Of a stretch of DNA of 64,000 bases, positions 1 through 11,847 are shown piece by piece. Below the pieces are notes generated by a model, which did not search any database, had not been told where the DNA came from, and saw only the letters and a list, made by a program, of their open reading frames with translations. A program made the position numbers and the translations under genes. The stretch lies in the NCBI GenBank assembly GCA_032718475.1, contig JAUCBJ010007053.1:90355-154354 (forward strand), read 5' to 3'. Numbering within the stretch: the first letter of the stretch is position 1; every line of letters starts with the position of its first letter. Source of the stretch: Nemertoderma westbladi (taxonomy: Eukaryota; Animalia; Xenacoelomorpha).

Positions 1-100
1 GTACCGCAAGCCTACAGATACTGGGCTCGTTCTCAATGTCACTGCGTGCGCCCCTTAGTCTTACAAACGCGGTGTAGTTTGTGTTATGTTCCATCGTATT
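1..100 (+). mobile_element. Degenerate Penelope-like element RT C-terminal fragment (runs off window start)
   Basis: Frame +2 reads YRKPTDTGLVLNVTACAP*SYKRGVVC, matching the Penelope-type YRKPTxT...P..YK motif; contains an internal stop. Confidence 0.6.
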
Positions 101-335
101 TTTAACGTCAGTAAGGGTGGGGACGGTTCCCAACTCCACACCGCTATTGGGGAAGCTAAATACAACCACTGCTGTTCAAGCCGCTAGGGGGCGTGCGAGC
201 AGTAGTCTTGGCGACGGGGTACCAGCGGTTGTTCCCCCAGAGGTCACTGACTCGGTGGATCCTGCACCATCGCTGCCCTCTCTGAAACACCTTGTCCCAG
301 ATATTATGGCTTCTAACTGAGAATGAAATATGTAT

Positions 336-587
336 TCATTCAGAACATGAGAAGTGGCAACGGATGATGCGGTTAGAGATTTGGTCTATTTTGTCTAATG
401 CTGCATGTGCAGTTGGATTCATCAATAGACCAATTCCACCATTGCCATTATCATCTGCTGAATCGAGGGCGAGTCGCCAACCGCCCCCCATGTCCTTAAT
501 CAGAACCTCATCAGTCTGTCCAGTCTGCATTCGGTGCTCTTGAACACCCACTGCGCTAAGAGAAAGTTCATCTGCCGTATGTTTAAC
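336..587 (-). mobile_element. Non-LTR retrotransposon AP-endonuclease fragment (RTE-like)
   Basis: Translation ...LSAVGVQEHRM...SADDNGNGGIGLLMN...ISNRII contains the APE motifs GxQEH, GGxGxL and SxRI. Confidence 0.7.
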
Positions 588-930
588 CTATGCTATATTT
601 TGCTTATGGTAATTACTAATTACTGTTTAAAAGAACAATAAAAGGAATTCAAATTTGACAAAATTTCACTGAAAAATTTCGCTCGCTTTGCTCGCGTTTT
701 TTTTACTTTTACATATTGTCAATTAAAATGCTTTTTAACGTAGCTGCATAGAGCAGTCGGGTCTATTGCAATATTAATTTGGGCAGCAGATTTTCACTGA
801 CGCACCCCAAACCTAAGTTTATAGAGTTTATAGTGTTGGTGCGGCGCTCTTTCAAATATTACCCGGCGCGGCGCAATTTTTATAAACTATCCTGCTATCC
901 AGCGCACTTTTAGTAAGGATTCTGAGTCCA

Positions 931-1202
931 CTAGGGCGCCAGGTATTCCACTGCCTGACGTTCTTCCTCGCTAACCTCAAAGTCGACGAGGTTATCGATA
1001 GCTGCGAGACATTCAGAGAGTGGCTCCAGTACAAGAGTCCTTTGGATGTTGCTGCGGCACTGTGTGGACAGTTGGTAGCTCATCCATCTTGCAGAATGCC
1101 ATAAGCCCCCAAGATCGGAAAGCACTATCGGTTTCTTTCACACCAATTGTCATATTTGTGCCACTCAATGCACGAAAACATGGCTCAGTTAGTAAATATG
1201 TA
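931..1202 (-). mobile_element. Possible decayed P-element/THAP9-like transposase C-terminal fragment
   Basis: Across two frames: YLLT..FRALSGTNMTIGVKE..SAFR and EEERQAVEYLA, resembling P-type R.LSG.N..I.V and YxAGY segments; frameshifted, with stops. Confidence 0.4.
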
Positions 1203-1230
1203 CTGAAATAAAAATAAGTCTGTAGGATAG

Positions 1231-1740
1231 AGGTACCACATCGGACCAAATCGGTACCACATCGGATCAAATCGGGATCAACTCGGACCTAATCACTACC
1301 ACATCAGACCCAATCGGTACCACATGGTCCAGCGTCCAGGGATCCCAGACGACTCCACAGTCCATTCAGATTGGTGGAAGAATATGTTGCATGAATCCTC
1401 GGATCGCATATCGTGTTACTACAATGTCTCTTTCGATTGACAGTTAGATGTTCGGTGATAAAACGCCATGGAATTCTTAAACCGTACCACATCAGACCAA
1501 ATCGGTACCACATCGGACCCAATCGGTACCACATCAGGCCCAAAAGGTATCACACCAGACTCAATTGGTACGACATCGGACCCCATGGGGACCACACCGG
1601 TCTCAACAAGGTTCCAAGCCAGACTCAAAGGGTAGTATCATGGGCCCAAAAGGTACCACCCTGGACTCAATTGGTACCACACACTGGTCTCCATAGGTTT
1701 CACACTAGACACAAAAGGAACCAGTCTGGACCAAAGGTAC
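1231..1740. repeat. Degenerate ~21-bp tandem repeat (ATCGGTACCACATCGGACCAA-like), two blocks
   Basis: GGTACCACATC recurs at about 21-bp spacing at 1231-1325 and 1485-1740; this accounts for the spurious ORFs there. Confidence 0.75.
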
Positions 1741-1937
1741 TGGTCGCAATCAGCACTACACTGCCACACAATAAATAAATAAATTTGAGAGATGTTTCAC
1801 TTTGAGATTGCTACTGTATATTGGCATACATAGGAGAACTGCAGAAGCATCAAAGGCTTCACTAACTCTCAGCCAAAGGTGTGGTACTACATATACATAC
1901 ATGTACATACATTGTTCAGCTCAAAATGATTCAGATA

Positions 1938-2191
1938 GGGGGGGGGGGGGGGGGGGGGGGACTGGACGCAATACAAATTAATCTCTCTCCAGGGGAAATT
2001 CGACGCAAATAACAGCTGATTACTCTCAAAAATAAAACTGTAACCTGTTCTATTGTGTTTAGTTTATTGTTTTGGTTAAAATATCGTTCCACTGCAACCT
2101 GCTCCTTTCCCTAAATTGATCATTTAACATTGAGGCGGGATATTAATTCGCCAAGGCGGGTTGTGCGTCCAGTCCCCCCCCCCCCCCCCCC
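1938..2191. mobile_element. Small MITE-like element with G-tract/C-tract inverted termini
   Basis: Left end (G)n-ACTGGACGCA and right end TGCGTCCAGT-(C)n are reverse complements. Confidence 0.55.
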
Positions 2192-2202
2192 GTCTCGATT
2201 TG

Positions 2203-2877
2203 TTGGTACCAATAGAAAGCTGCCATATAAGGATTCCAAATATGTAAAAACATTTGAATTTGGTTGGGAAACACCTGAGATATGGACATTCGAATTTTGC
2301 ATGTATTTACTTCCCCTGCAGGCCATTTATTCTATTTAATAAATAAACAATGTTCTAGAACATTTTGTTTATCCCATACGTAGCTGGGCAACAATGCAAT
2401 ACCTCTTTAATTATACTGTTACGTAGCTATCACCGCGAGGAACCAGAATGCATTTATAGACTATGTGGCGGGTCGGTAACCCCATACCACCTACTACACT
2501 GCCAGGAAAACATAAACTCTTTGACTCAATGGGCCACCGAAACCGGTTAACTACCCGGAGTTTCCCCTTTTTTACTTAAACATTTTAATTTATCATTTTA
2601 TTTCATTATTGTGTAATTTTGTATATAGATTACTCCTATATATTGGATTTTAATTGCCATAGCGTAATAATAAATAAAAATTACGTAGCTATTCATACAT
2701 AAATAAGATGTTCTAGAATAAGGTATTTTTATTTAATAGAATGATATATCCTCGCGCAGATGCAAAACCAAGCAACTTTTGAACGCTTATATCTCAGCTA
2801 ATTCCCCCCAACCAAATTCAAATGTTTTTACATATTTGGAATCCTTGCGTGGGCGGGCAGCTTTCTATTGGTACCAA
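2203..2877. mobile_element. Foldback/MITE-like element with long imperfect inverted arms
   Basis: TTGGTACCAATAGAAAGCTGCC..GGATTCCAAATATGTAAAAACATTTGAATTTGGTTGGG (2203-2269) is mirrored at about 2806-2877, and the arms continue inward (TTCTAGAA, ATTCTATT). Confidence 0.7.
2431..2680 (+). mobile_element. Severely 5'-truncated LINE related to the 11848-14937 element
   Basis: 12-bp TSD TTACGTAGCTAT (2419-2430 and 2681-2692) and an A-rich tail. It encodes CIYRLCGGSVTPYHLLHCQENINSLTQWA, similar to CVCLLCGDPAPLYHLLTCKENSRTLTSWA at the end of the 12-15 kb ORF2. Confidence 0.85.
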
Positions 2878-3099
2878 AAAAATCACTATAAGGTTGAGGA
2901 ATGACTGTGCGGTAACTGGTGCTATAACGCCGGAGACACATTTTTAAACACTTGTAGCTAAAGATTGAAAGCAAAAATAAAAATTCTGGCTATTTATACT
3001 GTAATTACGTTTTATAATAAATAATTCTGTACATTACATCTTTATCGTTGAGTCGGGCATTGTCACGCTCTCGGTAAAGTTGTACATGTACATAGTGTA

Positions 3100-3290
3100 A
3101 TTACGTTTTATATTGGTTTTAGGTTAGCGTATTGTAATATTGTATTTGTAACCAAGTAACATAAAGGACCCCCTTGGAAATAAGCTGCAAAGCTTTAGGG
3201 GTAATCCTATATGTTATGTTGGACAATACCTTTATACCGGTACATTGTTTGGTGTATTTGTTATTGTTTTTACATAATGTATAAATAAAT
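3100..3290 (+). mobile_element. Possible LINE 3'-UTR remnant
   Basis: Hairpin-like GGACCCC..AAATAAGC..GCTTTAGGGGT..TCC followed by an ATAAATAAAT tail, a pattern seen at CR1/L2-group 3' ends; no coding support. Confidence 0.3.
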
Positions 3291-3599
3291 CGATCTATCT
3301 ACACCGGGATACGAGTTTTCTGTATTCCATAATGTACATTGTGTGACGTAAGTAATGATTTCTACTAAATAAATTAAAATATTGCATCCTAAGTTTAAAA
3401 CCCATAACCAAATATACCTGTAATGGAAATCAATTATGATATTAAAACCAAATAGGGTAATGTGACACCTGTTGGGTTTCAATGAAAGTTTAAGGTTGGG
3501 GGGTTGAGGATCAAAATAAATAACATGTTTCTACTTCCCTGCATCACTCTGCAAACTAATAAGCAATTAATTAATTTAATATAATTATCTAACTACTAT

Positions 3600-4598
3600 T
3601 TACTCTGGGATTGCATTCTCTAGTTTCTGTCTGTAAACTTCGTGGTCATATAAAGTAGCTAGAAGTCCACCTTCGTTCTTTACATCCGTGTTAGAATCGT
3701 AAGTAATATAACCTCCCTTCAACGTTGTCATTTTACCACCCAACGCGTTTAGAATCGCGTTTCCCGAACAAATATCCCACTTCTTTATTAGAGTTACGTG
3801 TACGTAAGCGTCGGATGTTCCATCGAATAACGACAGAGTTTTATATCCAGCTCCACCGGCCGGTATCACGGTAACAGAATCTCCGAACGATTTGGTCGCA
3901 ACCTCCCGAACGGCCCCGGAGTGCGACCGAGACACTATAATCCTGGGAGGGGTGGATCCGTCTGGTTGCTCCGGGAGGTGCAGGTTGTTACTGTAACCCT
4001 GGTCGACCCAGGCCCAGTAGGTCTGCTCCGTAAACGGTTTGTAAATGACCCCGGCTATAGGGGCCCCGTCCACCACTATGCACACCATCACCGTCACGTA
4101 TTGCACCAGATTCTCTGTGTACTCCTGAGTAGCATCGAGGGGGTCTATCCATAACGTTACCCTGGAGACATCCACGGGAGCCGCCGGAAAGTTCTGGAAT
4201 TCCGGGAGAAATAAATTCGGCGCGCTCCTAGAAGATTTATCCTCGTCTTCCGAATGTTCCTCTGATATAAGTTTTACAGAAGGGAAGGATGTCTCGAACC
4301 CTTTAGTTATTATTTTGTGAGACTCTAGGTCCCCTCCAGTTAGAGGGTCGTTAGCCCCCTCTCTAGTCTTCCCTTTGCTCTGTTGCTGTAAATCATCTCC
4401 AACTCGAATCTCTCGAACTCTTTTTCCCGCTTGTTGCGCTAAATCAACGCTCGCTGATAATAGTTCCCTAATGCTCACTGATGTTTCTGTGCTGATGGCA
4501 GACTTTCTCCCTTTTAGTAGGTATATGATCCCGAAACCCAGACATATAACGATAATAAATACCCCCAATGGAGACGGCCGAACACTGTATGTGGCCAT
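3600..4598 (-). CDS. IMPAD1: Golgi-resident 3'-phosphoadenosine 5'-phosphate phosphatase (gPAPP; inositol monophosphatase family), intronless
   Basis: Intact 332-aa ORF with an N-terminal signal anchor (LGVFIIVICLGFGIIYLL) and the motifs SKGKTREGANDPLT, SEE, WIDPLDATQEYTE, VSRSHSG, AGGAGYK and KKWDICSGNAIL typical of IMPAD1/BPNT2. Confidence 0.93.
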   Translation of the reverse strand: MATYSVRPSPLGVFIIVICLGFGIIYLLKGRKSAISTETSVSIRELLSASVDLAQQAGKRVREIRVGDDLQQQSKGKTREGANDPLTGGDLESHKIITKGFETSFPSVKLISEEHSEDEDKSSRSAPNLFLPEFQNFPAAPVDVSRVTLWIDPLDATQEYTENLVQYVTVMVCIVVDGAPIAGVIYKPFTEQTYWAWVDQGYSNNLHLPEQPDGSTPPRIIVSRSHSGAVREVATKSFGDSVTVIPAGGAGYKTLSLFDGTSDAYVHVTLIKKWDICSGNAILNALGGKMTTLKGGYITYDSNTDVKNEGGLLATLYDHEVYRQKLENAIPE

Positions 4599-4768
4599 CG
4601 TGGTCGATGAATGAAGGCTATTTGAATGCTATTTCGTAAACATAGTTTATTTTTCAGTTGAGTTTACGTACAAAGTTTACAAAACGAAGTTGGAAAGTGT
4701 TCAGACTACTTCATACTACAGTCTGACAGTATACATACAGTAGGGTAGGCCTAATCTGCTAATGGGTA

Positions 4769-5692
4769 CCGGTGTAACAGGAAAATATGCCCCCCCGGGA
4801 AATGTGCCCGGGGGGGGCATATTTTCCTAGGAAAAAATGCCCCCCGGGCAAATTTCCCTAGGAAAAAATGCCCCCCCCCCCTTAGGAAATTATGCCCCCC
4901 CCTGAATTATACAATAAACAAAACTTATTACTACTAAAACTTACAAAAATTATACAAAACAATAAACAGTCACTTTACCAAATGAAGGAAAGGAGCAGGT
5001 TACAGAGGCAGGCCTTTCTAACCAAAACAATAAACGATCATTTAACTAATTGAGGGAAAGGAGCAGGTTACAGAGGCGGGATTTTCTAACCAAAACAATA
5101 AACAGTCACTTTAGCAAATCAGGGAAAGGAGCAGGTTACAGAGACGGGATTTTCTAACCAAAACAATAAACGATAACATTACCAATTGAGAGAAAGGAGC
5201 AGGTTACAGAGGCGGGATTTTCTAACCAAAACAATAAACAATCACTTTACCAAATCAGGGAAAGGAGCAGGTTACAGACTTAAAAAAGCTTGGAGCTGCT
5301 CGGCGCCCACACAACACCACACACTCGCACTGCTGTTATACCAGTACTTACTACAGTAGCCTATACTGACTTAGATACTTCAGTATGCTGTTCTACATCC
5401 CTTACTGCCTTACCTGCTTACCTACCGGCAGACCGGTACCGTACTATTCTTCCAACTATTACAAGTTCTGCAGTTGGTAGATTAAAAGTGGCTACCAGCA
5501 GACCGGTATCGTACCAGTTTTCAGACTTTTGAGGGGGGCTAATTTTCCTGAGGGGAGGCATTATTTCCTAAGGAGAAAATGCCCCCCCGGGCTAAATTTC
5601 CTAGGAAAAATTGCCCGGGGGGACATAATATCCTAGGAAATAATGCCCCGGGGGGCATATTCTAGGGGGGGCTGATTTCCTTGTGACACCGG
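4769..5692. mobile_element. Non-autonomous DNA transposon (MITE) with TA flanks
   Basis: Termini CCGGTGT...ACACCGG with TA at 4767-4768 and 5693-5694; mirrored subterminal CTAGGAAAAAATGCCCCCC/GGGGGCAT..TTTCCTAG motifs. Confidence 0.75.
4955..5278 (+). repeat. 68-bp tandem repeat inside the MITE (about 4.7 copies)
   Basis: AGGAGCAGGTTACAGA recurs at 4991, 5059, 5127 and onward (period 68). Confidence 0.85.
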
Positions 5693-6511
5693 TACTGTTT
5701 GCTGTAATAATATTTGTGTTATGAAGCTATTGTGCGGGTATATTATTTATTATTTTTAAATCAATATTTTTATATAAAATATACCGCCTCCGTTTCTGTA
5801 GGCCTACAAAACAGTTATCAAACCAATAACTAGGGTGTAGTTATTACTACAGTACATTACATACCGCACCAGCAATGTTATCCCGTAGCCGTATCCTATG
5901 CCCTATGGCTGTATAGTTAAATCTTGTGTGATTGCAGTGTCGGCAGGATGCCTAGATTTCCCACTGATCGCGATGGCAAGACAATTATGATTTGCCTAAG
6001 CCTAAAGACTGGCGTTATTATGGTTAATTACCCATCGACATGTAACAAGGGAAATAAAGCTATTTTATTTCACGTGATGCGTAATATTATTCTTAAAATT
6101 GCCATTCCTCATTGCATCTCCTTTGAAGCGGCCGTGTGGTCGCCAGCGTGTTAAAACTGTAGCATTTCTATCGGCTGGGGTTACCTGCAATATGTATGTG
6201 CATGCGGTGCTGTCCGCTGACTACTGTAAGTACATCAAAAGCTACATCAACGACAATATTGTTTCAGTTTTCATTACCTGCTATACATGTTGTAGTTAAG
6301 TACTTCATTTTACGATTCGTGTAAGAAAATTTATCAGAAGCATAATATGTAGAGTAGGTCTACGCTGATTCTTTTTGTAAGTGATTTGTTGTAGAATCAG
6401 ATTTATGTATGCGCTGCATAAGTGAACACATATTGTAATGATAGTACATATTATGTACAGTGGTTTACTGAAATTTTGTGAATACGGTTATTTATTAACT
6501 AAATGATATTG

Positions 6512-6889
6512 GGGGCCGTCCAAGTATGACGTCTGCACTTTTCTCCAAAATGTTGACCCCCTCCCTCCCCTAAATCAGATGTCATCAGATAGGCGTTGAC
6601 CCACCCCCCTCCCCTAAATCAGATTTAAAAAAAATGTTCGCGTGCTAATCACTGAAACATGGTGACTGGTAACTGAAACAGAAGGTTGTGCTACGGGCCT
6701 TCTGGGGCTTCGAACAATTAAAATAGGCAAGCTAATTACTCTTCTGCTATATCTCTTCTAGCACCTATAAATGAACATGCTGACGTCAGATTTTGGCTGA
6801 CCCCCTCCCCTCCCCTCATCAGCACGTCATCAGATTTTCCCAACCCCCCTCCCCACCCGAAAGTGCTGACGTCATACTTGGATGGCCCC
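6512..6889. mobile_element. PIF/Harbinger-type (Tourist-like) MITE
   Basis: TIRs GGGGCCGTCCAAGTATGACGTC / GACGTCATACTTGGATGGCCCC and a 3-bp TSD TTG (6509-6511, 6890-6892). Confidence 0.8.
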
Positions 6890-7357
6890 TTGGCAATAAC
6901 TATTGAAGATTCCAATAATCTAACCCCAATGTTGTAATACGTTTTACTCTGACTCACCAGTACTCAATCGGACCAGCTGTCGTCACTGTTACTTAATATG
7001 CATTACAGGCAGTGTTACTAACCATATCCGTCGCACCAACGTTGTGAACCATCCGCCCACTTTATAATATTATCCAGCATTGTGGGGCGGGTCAGAACTG
7101 CGATCCATCAACGATAACTGTTATAATTATACTACATGTACTACACTACTATATGGCTGTTTTACAAAAGTATGTCGGTTTGTGTGTCGGAAGCCAATAT
7201 CAGAATATTAGAATATATAACTAGCCATAATATAATTGTAGTTTTTCGCTAAGATGGCTTCCAGATTCTGCTGCACGAAGTCCCCACTTCGTTTTTATTA
7301 CACATAGACTAATATTTAAATTAACTTATCTTAGCAATCATCTATTAAACAGAGGTT

Positions 7358-7441
7358 GGTCGGTCGGTCGCTCGGTCGGTCGGCGGTCGGTCGGTCGGTC
7401 GGTCGGTCGGTCGGTCGGTCGGTCGGTCGGTCGGACGGTCG
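7358..7441. repeat. (GGTC)n microsatellite
   Basis: Directly visible. Confidence 0.95.
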
Positions 7442-7554
7442 TATTGTAATCCTACTTTTTTTTTACAAATGTGGTCTCATTGATTAACCAAAAAAATCAA
7501 TTAAAACTTTCAATATACATGATGCTATCACCAGCTAATATTACCAAGGCAACC

Positions 7555-8113
7555 CTATCAAACTGACCAACCATATCAAACTAACCCACCGTATCAAATT
7601 TACTGACCGTATCAAACTAACCCACCATATCAAATTGACCCACCGTATCAAACTAACCCACCGTATCAAATTGTCCCACAATATCAAACTGACCCACCGT
7701 ATCAAATTGACCCACGGTATCAAACTTACCCACCGTATCAAACTGACCCACCGTATCAAACTGACCCACCGTATCAAACTGACACATCGTATCAAATTCA
7801 CCAACCTTATCAAACTAACCCACATTATCAAACTGATCCACCGTATCAGATTGACCCACCGTATCAAACTGACCCACCGTATCAAACTGAGCCACCGTAT
7901 CAAATTGACACACCGTATCAAATTGACCCACCGTATCAAACTGACCCACCGTATCAAACTGACCCACCGTATCAAATTGACCCACCGTATCAAATTGACC
8001 CAACGTATTAAACTGACCCACCGTATCAAACTGATCCACCGTATCCAATTGACCCACCGTATCAAACTGACCCACTGTATCAAACTGATCCACCGTATCC
8101 AATTGACCCACCG
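7555..8113. repeat. 18-bp minisatellite (ACCGTATCAAACTGACCC), about 31 copies
   Basis: Period 18; ends about 33 bp before the exon at 8147. Confidence 0.95.
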
Positions 8114-8146
8114 TTGCTCTGTATAATAATAACGGTTGTCTTTCAG

Positions 8147-8262
8147 GTGAAGTACACTGGTTTTAGTTGCGACCGGGCAAACAACCTCTACTTTGTAACG
8201 ATGGCCGTCACATTCTACGCCACGGGAATTCTTTCTCTTGTTCAACTAATACTTTGCATGAG
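8147..8262 (+). CDS. Exon A of a THH1/TOM1/GPR137-like multi-pass membrane protein gene (end of a putative EGF-like motif plus first TM)
   Basis: tttcag|...|gtacgt; VKYTGFSCDRANNLYFVTMAVTFYATGILSLVQLILCM; ends in phase 2, matching exon B. Confidence 0.8.
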
Positions 8263-8398
8263 GTACGTCAATAGTCCTAAACAAACCCGGCATATGCGTT
8301 CTCGATTTTTGACAGTGTGGAAGCGAGGGTAAAGGATGGTGTTCCCATAGTTACCAATAGCTCTGATACCTTGAGGATTATTATTGATTATTTACCAG

Positions 8399-8519
8399 GT
8401 CTGAAATGAACAAATGTGACAGGAAACTTAAAGTGGCTTTCACGGTAACCAATCAGAAGCTATTATATGTTCTCATTATGTTCGCTACTTTCTCCAGAGG
8501 TCTATATTTTATGCTTCAG
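8399..8519 (+). CDS. Exon B of the membrane protein gene
   Basis: taccag|...|gtgagc; (R)SEMNKCDRKLKVAFTVTNQKLLYVLIMFATFSRGLYFMLQ, with TOM1-like TxQKL and RxxYF motifs; ends in phase 0. Confidence 0.85.
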
Positions 8520-8657
8520 GTGAGCCACTTATTTACCTAACCTCTATGATTAAAGTGAAACTATCTCCTTAAAACCTTAAGTGCGTTTCGTAGTAACTAT
8601 CCGCTCCTTATTTATTTAACAAGCCCAGCATCACCCTGACAGATATGCTTTCTTTAG

Positions 8658-8868
8658 GGCGATGTATCCTACCAATGGACCAATAACCTGCTGAATGCAT
8701 TCTACCCCCTCCTTATCACCAGCATCACTCTCCTAGTTTGCTTCTGGGCCGAGCTCTTCCATCTCAAGGACTTACCTTGCGATCGCCCCGTCTTCCTTAC
8801 CAAATCCTCAATCGCTTTCATTGTATTTAATTTATCTATTTACTTGCTGCTGATCGCTCAGTTTATAG
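8658..8868 (+). CDS. Exon C of the membrane protein gene
   Basis: ctttag|...|gtaagc; GDVSYQWTNNLLNAFYPLLITSITLLVCFWAELFHLKDLPCDRPVFLTKSSIAFIVFNLSIYLLLIAQFI. LLVxFWAExFH is the THH1/TOM1/GPR137-type motif; ends in phase 1. Confidence 0.88.
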
Positions 8869-8966
8869 GTAAGCTATTAATGTTACGGTTACAGGATGGA
8901 CTTTCCAATAAATCGTTTGATTTGCAATCCTAAAATAACTAGTGCGTAAAATTAAACGTTAATGGT

Positions 8967-10342
8967 CAAACCAAAGCCAACAAACCAAACACCAAAGCCA
9001 ACAAACCAAACACCAAAGCCAACAAACCAAACACCAAAGCCAACAAACCCAAACACCAAAGCCAACAAACCAAACACCAAAGCCAACAAACCAAACACCA
9101 AAGCCAACAAACCAAAGCCAACAAACCAAACACCAAAGCCAACAAACCAAACACCAAAGCCAACAAACCAAAGCCAACAAACCAAACACCAAACCCAACA
9201 AACCAAACACCAAAGCCAACAAACCAAACACCAAAGCCAACAAACCAAACACCAAAGCCAACAAACCAAACACCAAAGCCAACAAACCAAACACCAAAGC
9301 CAACAAACCAAAGCCAACAAACCAAACACCAAAGCCAACAAACCAAACACCAAAGCCAACAAACCAAACACCAAAGCCAACAAACCAAACACCAAAGCCA
9401 ACAAACCAAAGCCAACAAACCAAACACCAAACCCAACAAACCAAACACCAAAGCCAACAAACCAAACACCAAAGCCAACAAACCAAACACCAAAGCCAAC
9501 AAACCAAACACCAAAGCCAACAAACCAAACACCAAAGCCAACAAACCAAAGCCAACAAACCAAACACCAAACCCAACAAACCAAACACCAAAGCCAACAA
9601 ACCAAACACCAAAGCCAACAAACCAAACACCAAAGCCAACAAACCAAACACCAAAGCCAACAAACCAAACACCAAAGCCAACAAACCAAACACCAAAGCC
9701 AACAAACCAAACACCAAAGCCAACAAACCAAACACCAAAGCCAACAAACCAAACACCAAAGCCAACAAACCAAACACCAAAGCCAACAAACCAAACACCA
9801 AAGCCAACAAACCAAACACCAAAGCCAACAAACCAAACACCAAAGCCAACAAACCAAACACCAAAGCCAACAAACCAAACACCAAAGCCAACAAACCAAA
9901 CACCAAAGCCAACAAACCAAACACCAAACCCAACAAACCAAACACCAAAGCCAACAAACCAAACACCAAAGCCAACAAACCAAACACCAAAGCCAACAAC
10001 CAAACACCAAAGCCAACAAACCAAAGCCAACAAACCAAACACCAAACCCAACAAACCAAACACCAAGCCAACAAACCAAACACCAAAGCCAACAAACCAA
10101 ACACCAAAGCCAACAAACCAAACACCAAAGCCAACAAACCAAACACCAAAGCCAACAAACCAAACACCAAAGCCAACAAACCAAACACCAAAGCCAACAA
10201 ACCAAACACCAAAGCCAACAAACCAAACACCAAAGCCAACAAACCAAACACCAAAGCCAACAAACCAAACACCAAAGCCAACAAACCAAACACCAAAGCC
10301 AACAAACCAAACACCAAAGCCAACAAACCAAACACCAAAGCC
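8967..10342. repeat. Intronic 21-bp A/C-rich minisatellite (AAACCAAACACCAAAGCCAAC), about 65 copies
   Basis: Period 21 with occasional 13-bp deletion variants; no T on the + strand, which explains the stop-free ORFs. Confidence 0.95.
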
Positions 10343-10801
10343 AGACAACTGATACCTAATTACAGAGTTCACTCGGACAGACACACCTATTACAAATTCT
10401 TAACAAAATTATAAATGATTACCATTTATTTGTTAATGGATCCGATACCGGAAGAGTCATATTTTGGGGTGTAGAGCGCTTCTTAAAAACTTATTTACAT
10501 GTGGCTGGTGTATTAATATTATAGTCAGTGGTAAAAGTGAGTCTAGAGGTGCTAAAGACAACCTAAACCGCTACCGCTCTCTGTGGTTGGGTACTTTAGT
10601 CGATATTTTTCACTTCTAAATCTCATATTGATCTTTGGTTTCTTTAGAACGCATTTGGTGTTTTAGTGAGAGTAGACCTCTTCAAAACATGTAGAAATTG
10701 TTTCCCAAGATATTCCACAGGCCGACTCAAATATCTATCTTTGTTTTATAGGAGTAAAAATTAAAATTTATTAGTTATGTATAATTATTTATGTATCTTA
10801 G

Positions 10802-10926
10802 CAACTGAAGTCACAGACACAGACACGAAATCCTACCTGTCTGGAATATTTAAAGGATCCCTTGGCGTTCTTATGTTAATTGTTCTCGTATTCTTCCTGT
10901 ATTACGGCATAGAGGTCTATTTTAAG
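10802..10926 (+). CDS. Exon D of the membrane protein gene
   Basis: tcttag|...|gttaga; (A)TEVTDTDTKSYLSGIFKGSLGVLMLIVLVFFLYYGIEVYFK; phase 1 in, phase 0 out. Confidence 0.85.
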
Positions 10927-11051
10927 GTTAGAACTTATCTATTATGATTCAACTACACCGAACACCCCTAACCGGTCGGTACAACTTAATGATTATATAT
11001 TCCTAACAAACAACTGGTTGTATCATTTGCTTATTAATCTCTACATTTTAG

Positions 11052-11203
11052 GTTAGAGGCGCATTCGTTAACTTGGCCTACACCTGTTTAGACTCGGTTC
11101 AGCTACATCTTTCCCGTATCGGTTTGATTTCCCAGGCTGGATTTATTTTCCTCATCTCTATTTTTCTGTGTTCTGATGTTCTTGGAATTCCCTGGAGGAA
11201 AAA
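11052..11203 (+). CDS. Exon E of the membrane protein gene
   Basis: ttttag|...|gttagt; VRGAFVNLAYTCLDSVQLHLSRIGLISQAGFIFLISIFLCSDVLGIPWRK plus AA (phase 2 out). Confidence 0.83.
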
Positions 11204-11847
11204 GTTAGTAAAAATGTAATAAATAATAATTTAATCCGATGTGATCGGGGATATTTGAAGAGCGCAGCGAGTGACATGAGAGGAAAGTACCACCGAGGTA
11301 TTATAGATGGATAGACAATTAATGTCGTTGTTTTAAAAATATAGTAACAATGTATGGAATTTATTCGTGCCGTACAGTAGTTTATGGCAGGGTTTTTTTT
11401 TTCAAAATGTCCGCTGTGAAAAGTTTCTAAACGGCGAGGAAAAATTTAGAAAATCTCTAATTTAATTAGAAAACCAAAATAATTTGCCCAATGACGAATT
11501 TGAAAAATTTGAATTTTGAAAAGTAGGCCATGTATTACTTCCTGTATTGCTTTGTTTACTAATTTATTCAACCATACGGTATTAATTGTACTGGTAAGTC
11601 GTATGTCGTAGGTCAAAATAAATTATGGAACACATTGGTTTCAATTAAATGGGAGCGCTTCCACTGGTATGTCATAAGTCGTTTGTTACGACTCATGAGT
11701 CGAAAGTGATTATGTACCATGTTCCATCTTTTGACATACGACTCATATGAGTTATATCCGGCAAGAGGCCTGTGATTGGTTACTTTGGGTAGCAGTAAGC
11801 CAGAAAATATTGTAAAGCAATTTATGGTGTTCCATTAAATCTTCGGC

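Noticed and set aside
7541-8245. Repeat ORFs of 234, 163 and 98 aa
   Set aside because: Translations of the 18-bp minisatellite.
8967-10342. Telomere-like array
   Set aside because: Strand-biased but not a known telomeric unit, and internal to an intron.
8952-10384. Four ~460-aa ORFs
   Set aside because: Artefacts of a stop-free 21-bp repeat lying in the intron between exons C and D.
11307-11387. Candidate exon ending at the satellite GG|GTAAGT donor
   Set aside because: In the phase required by exon E it hits a stop after four codons.
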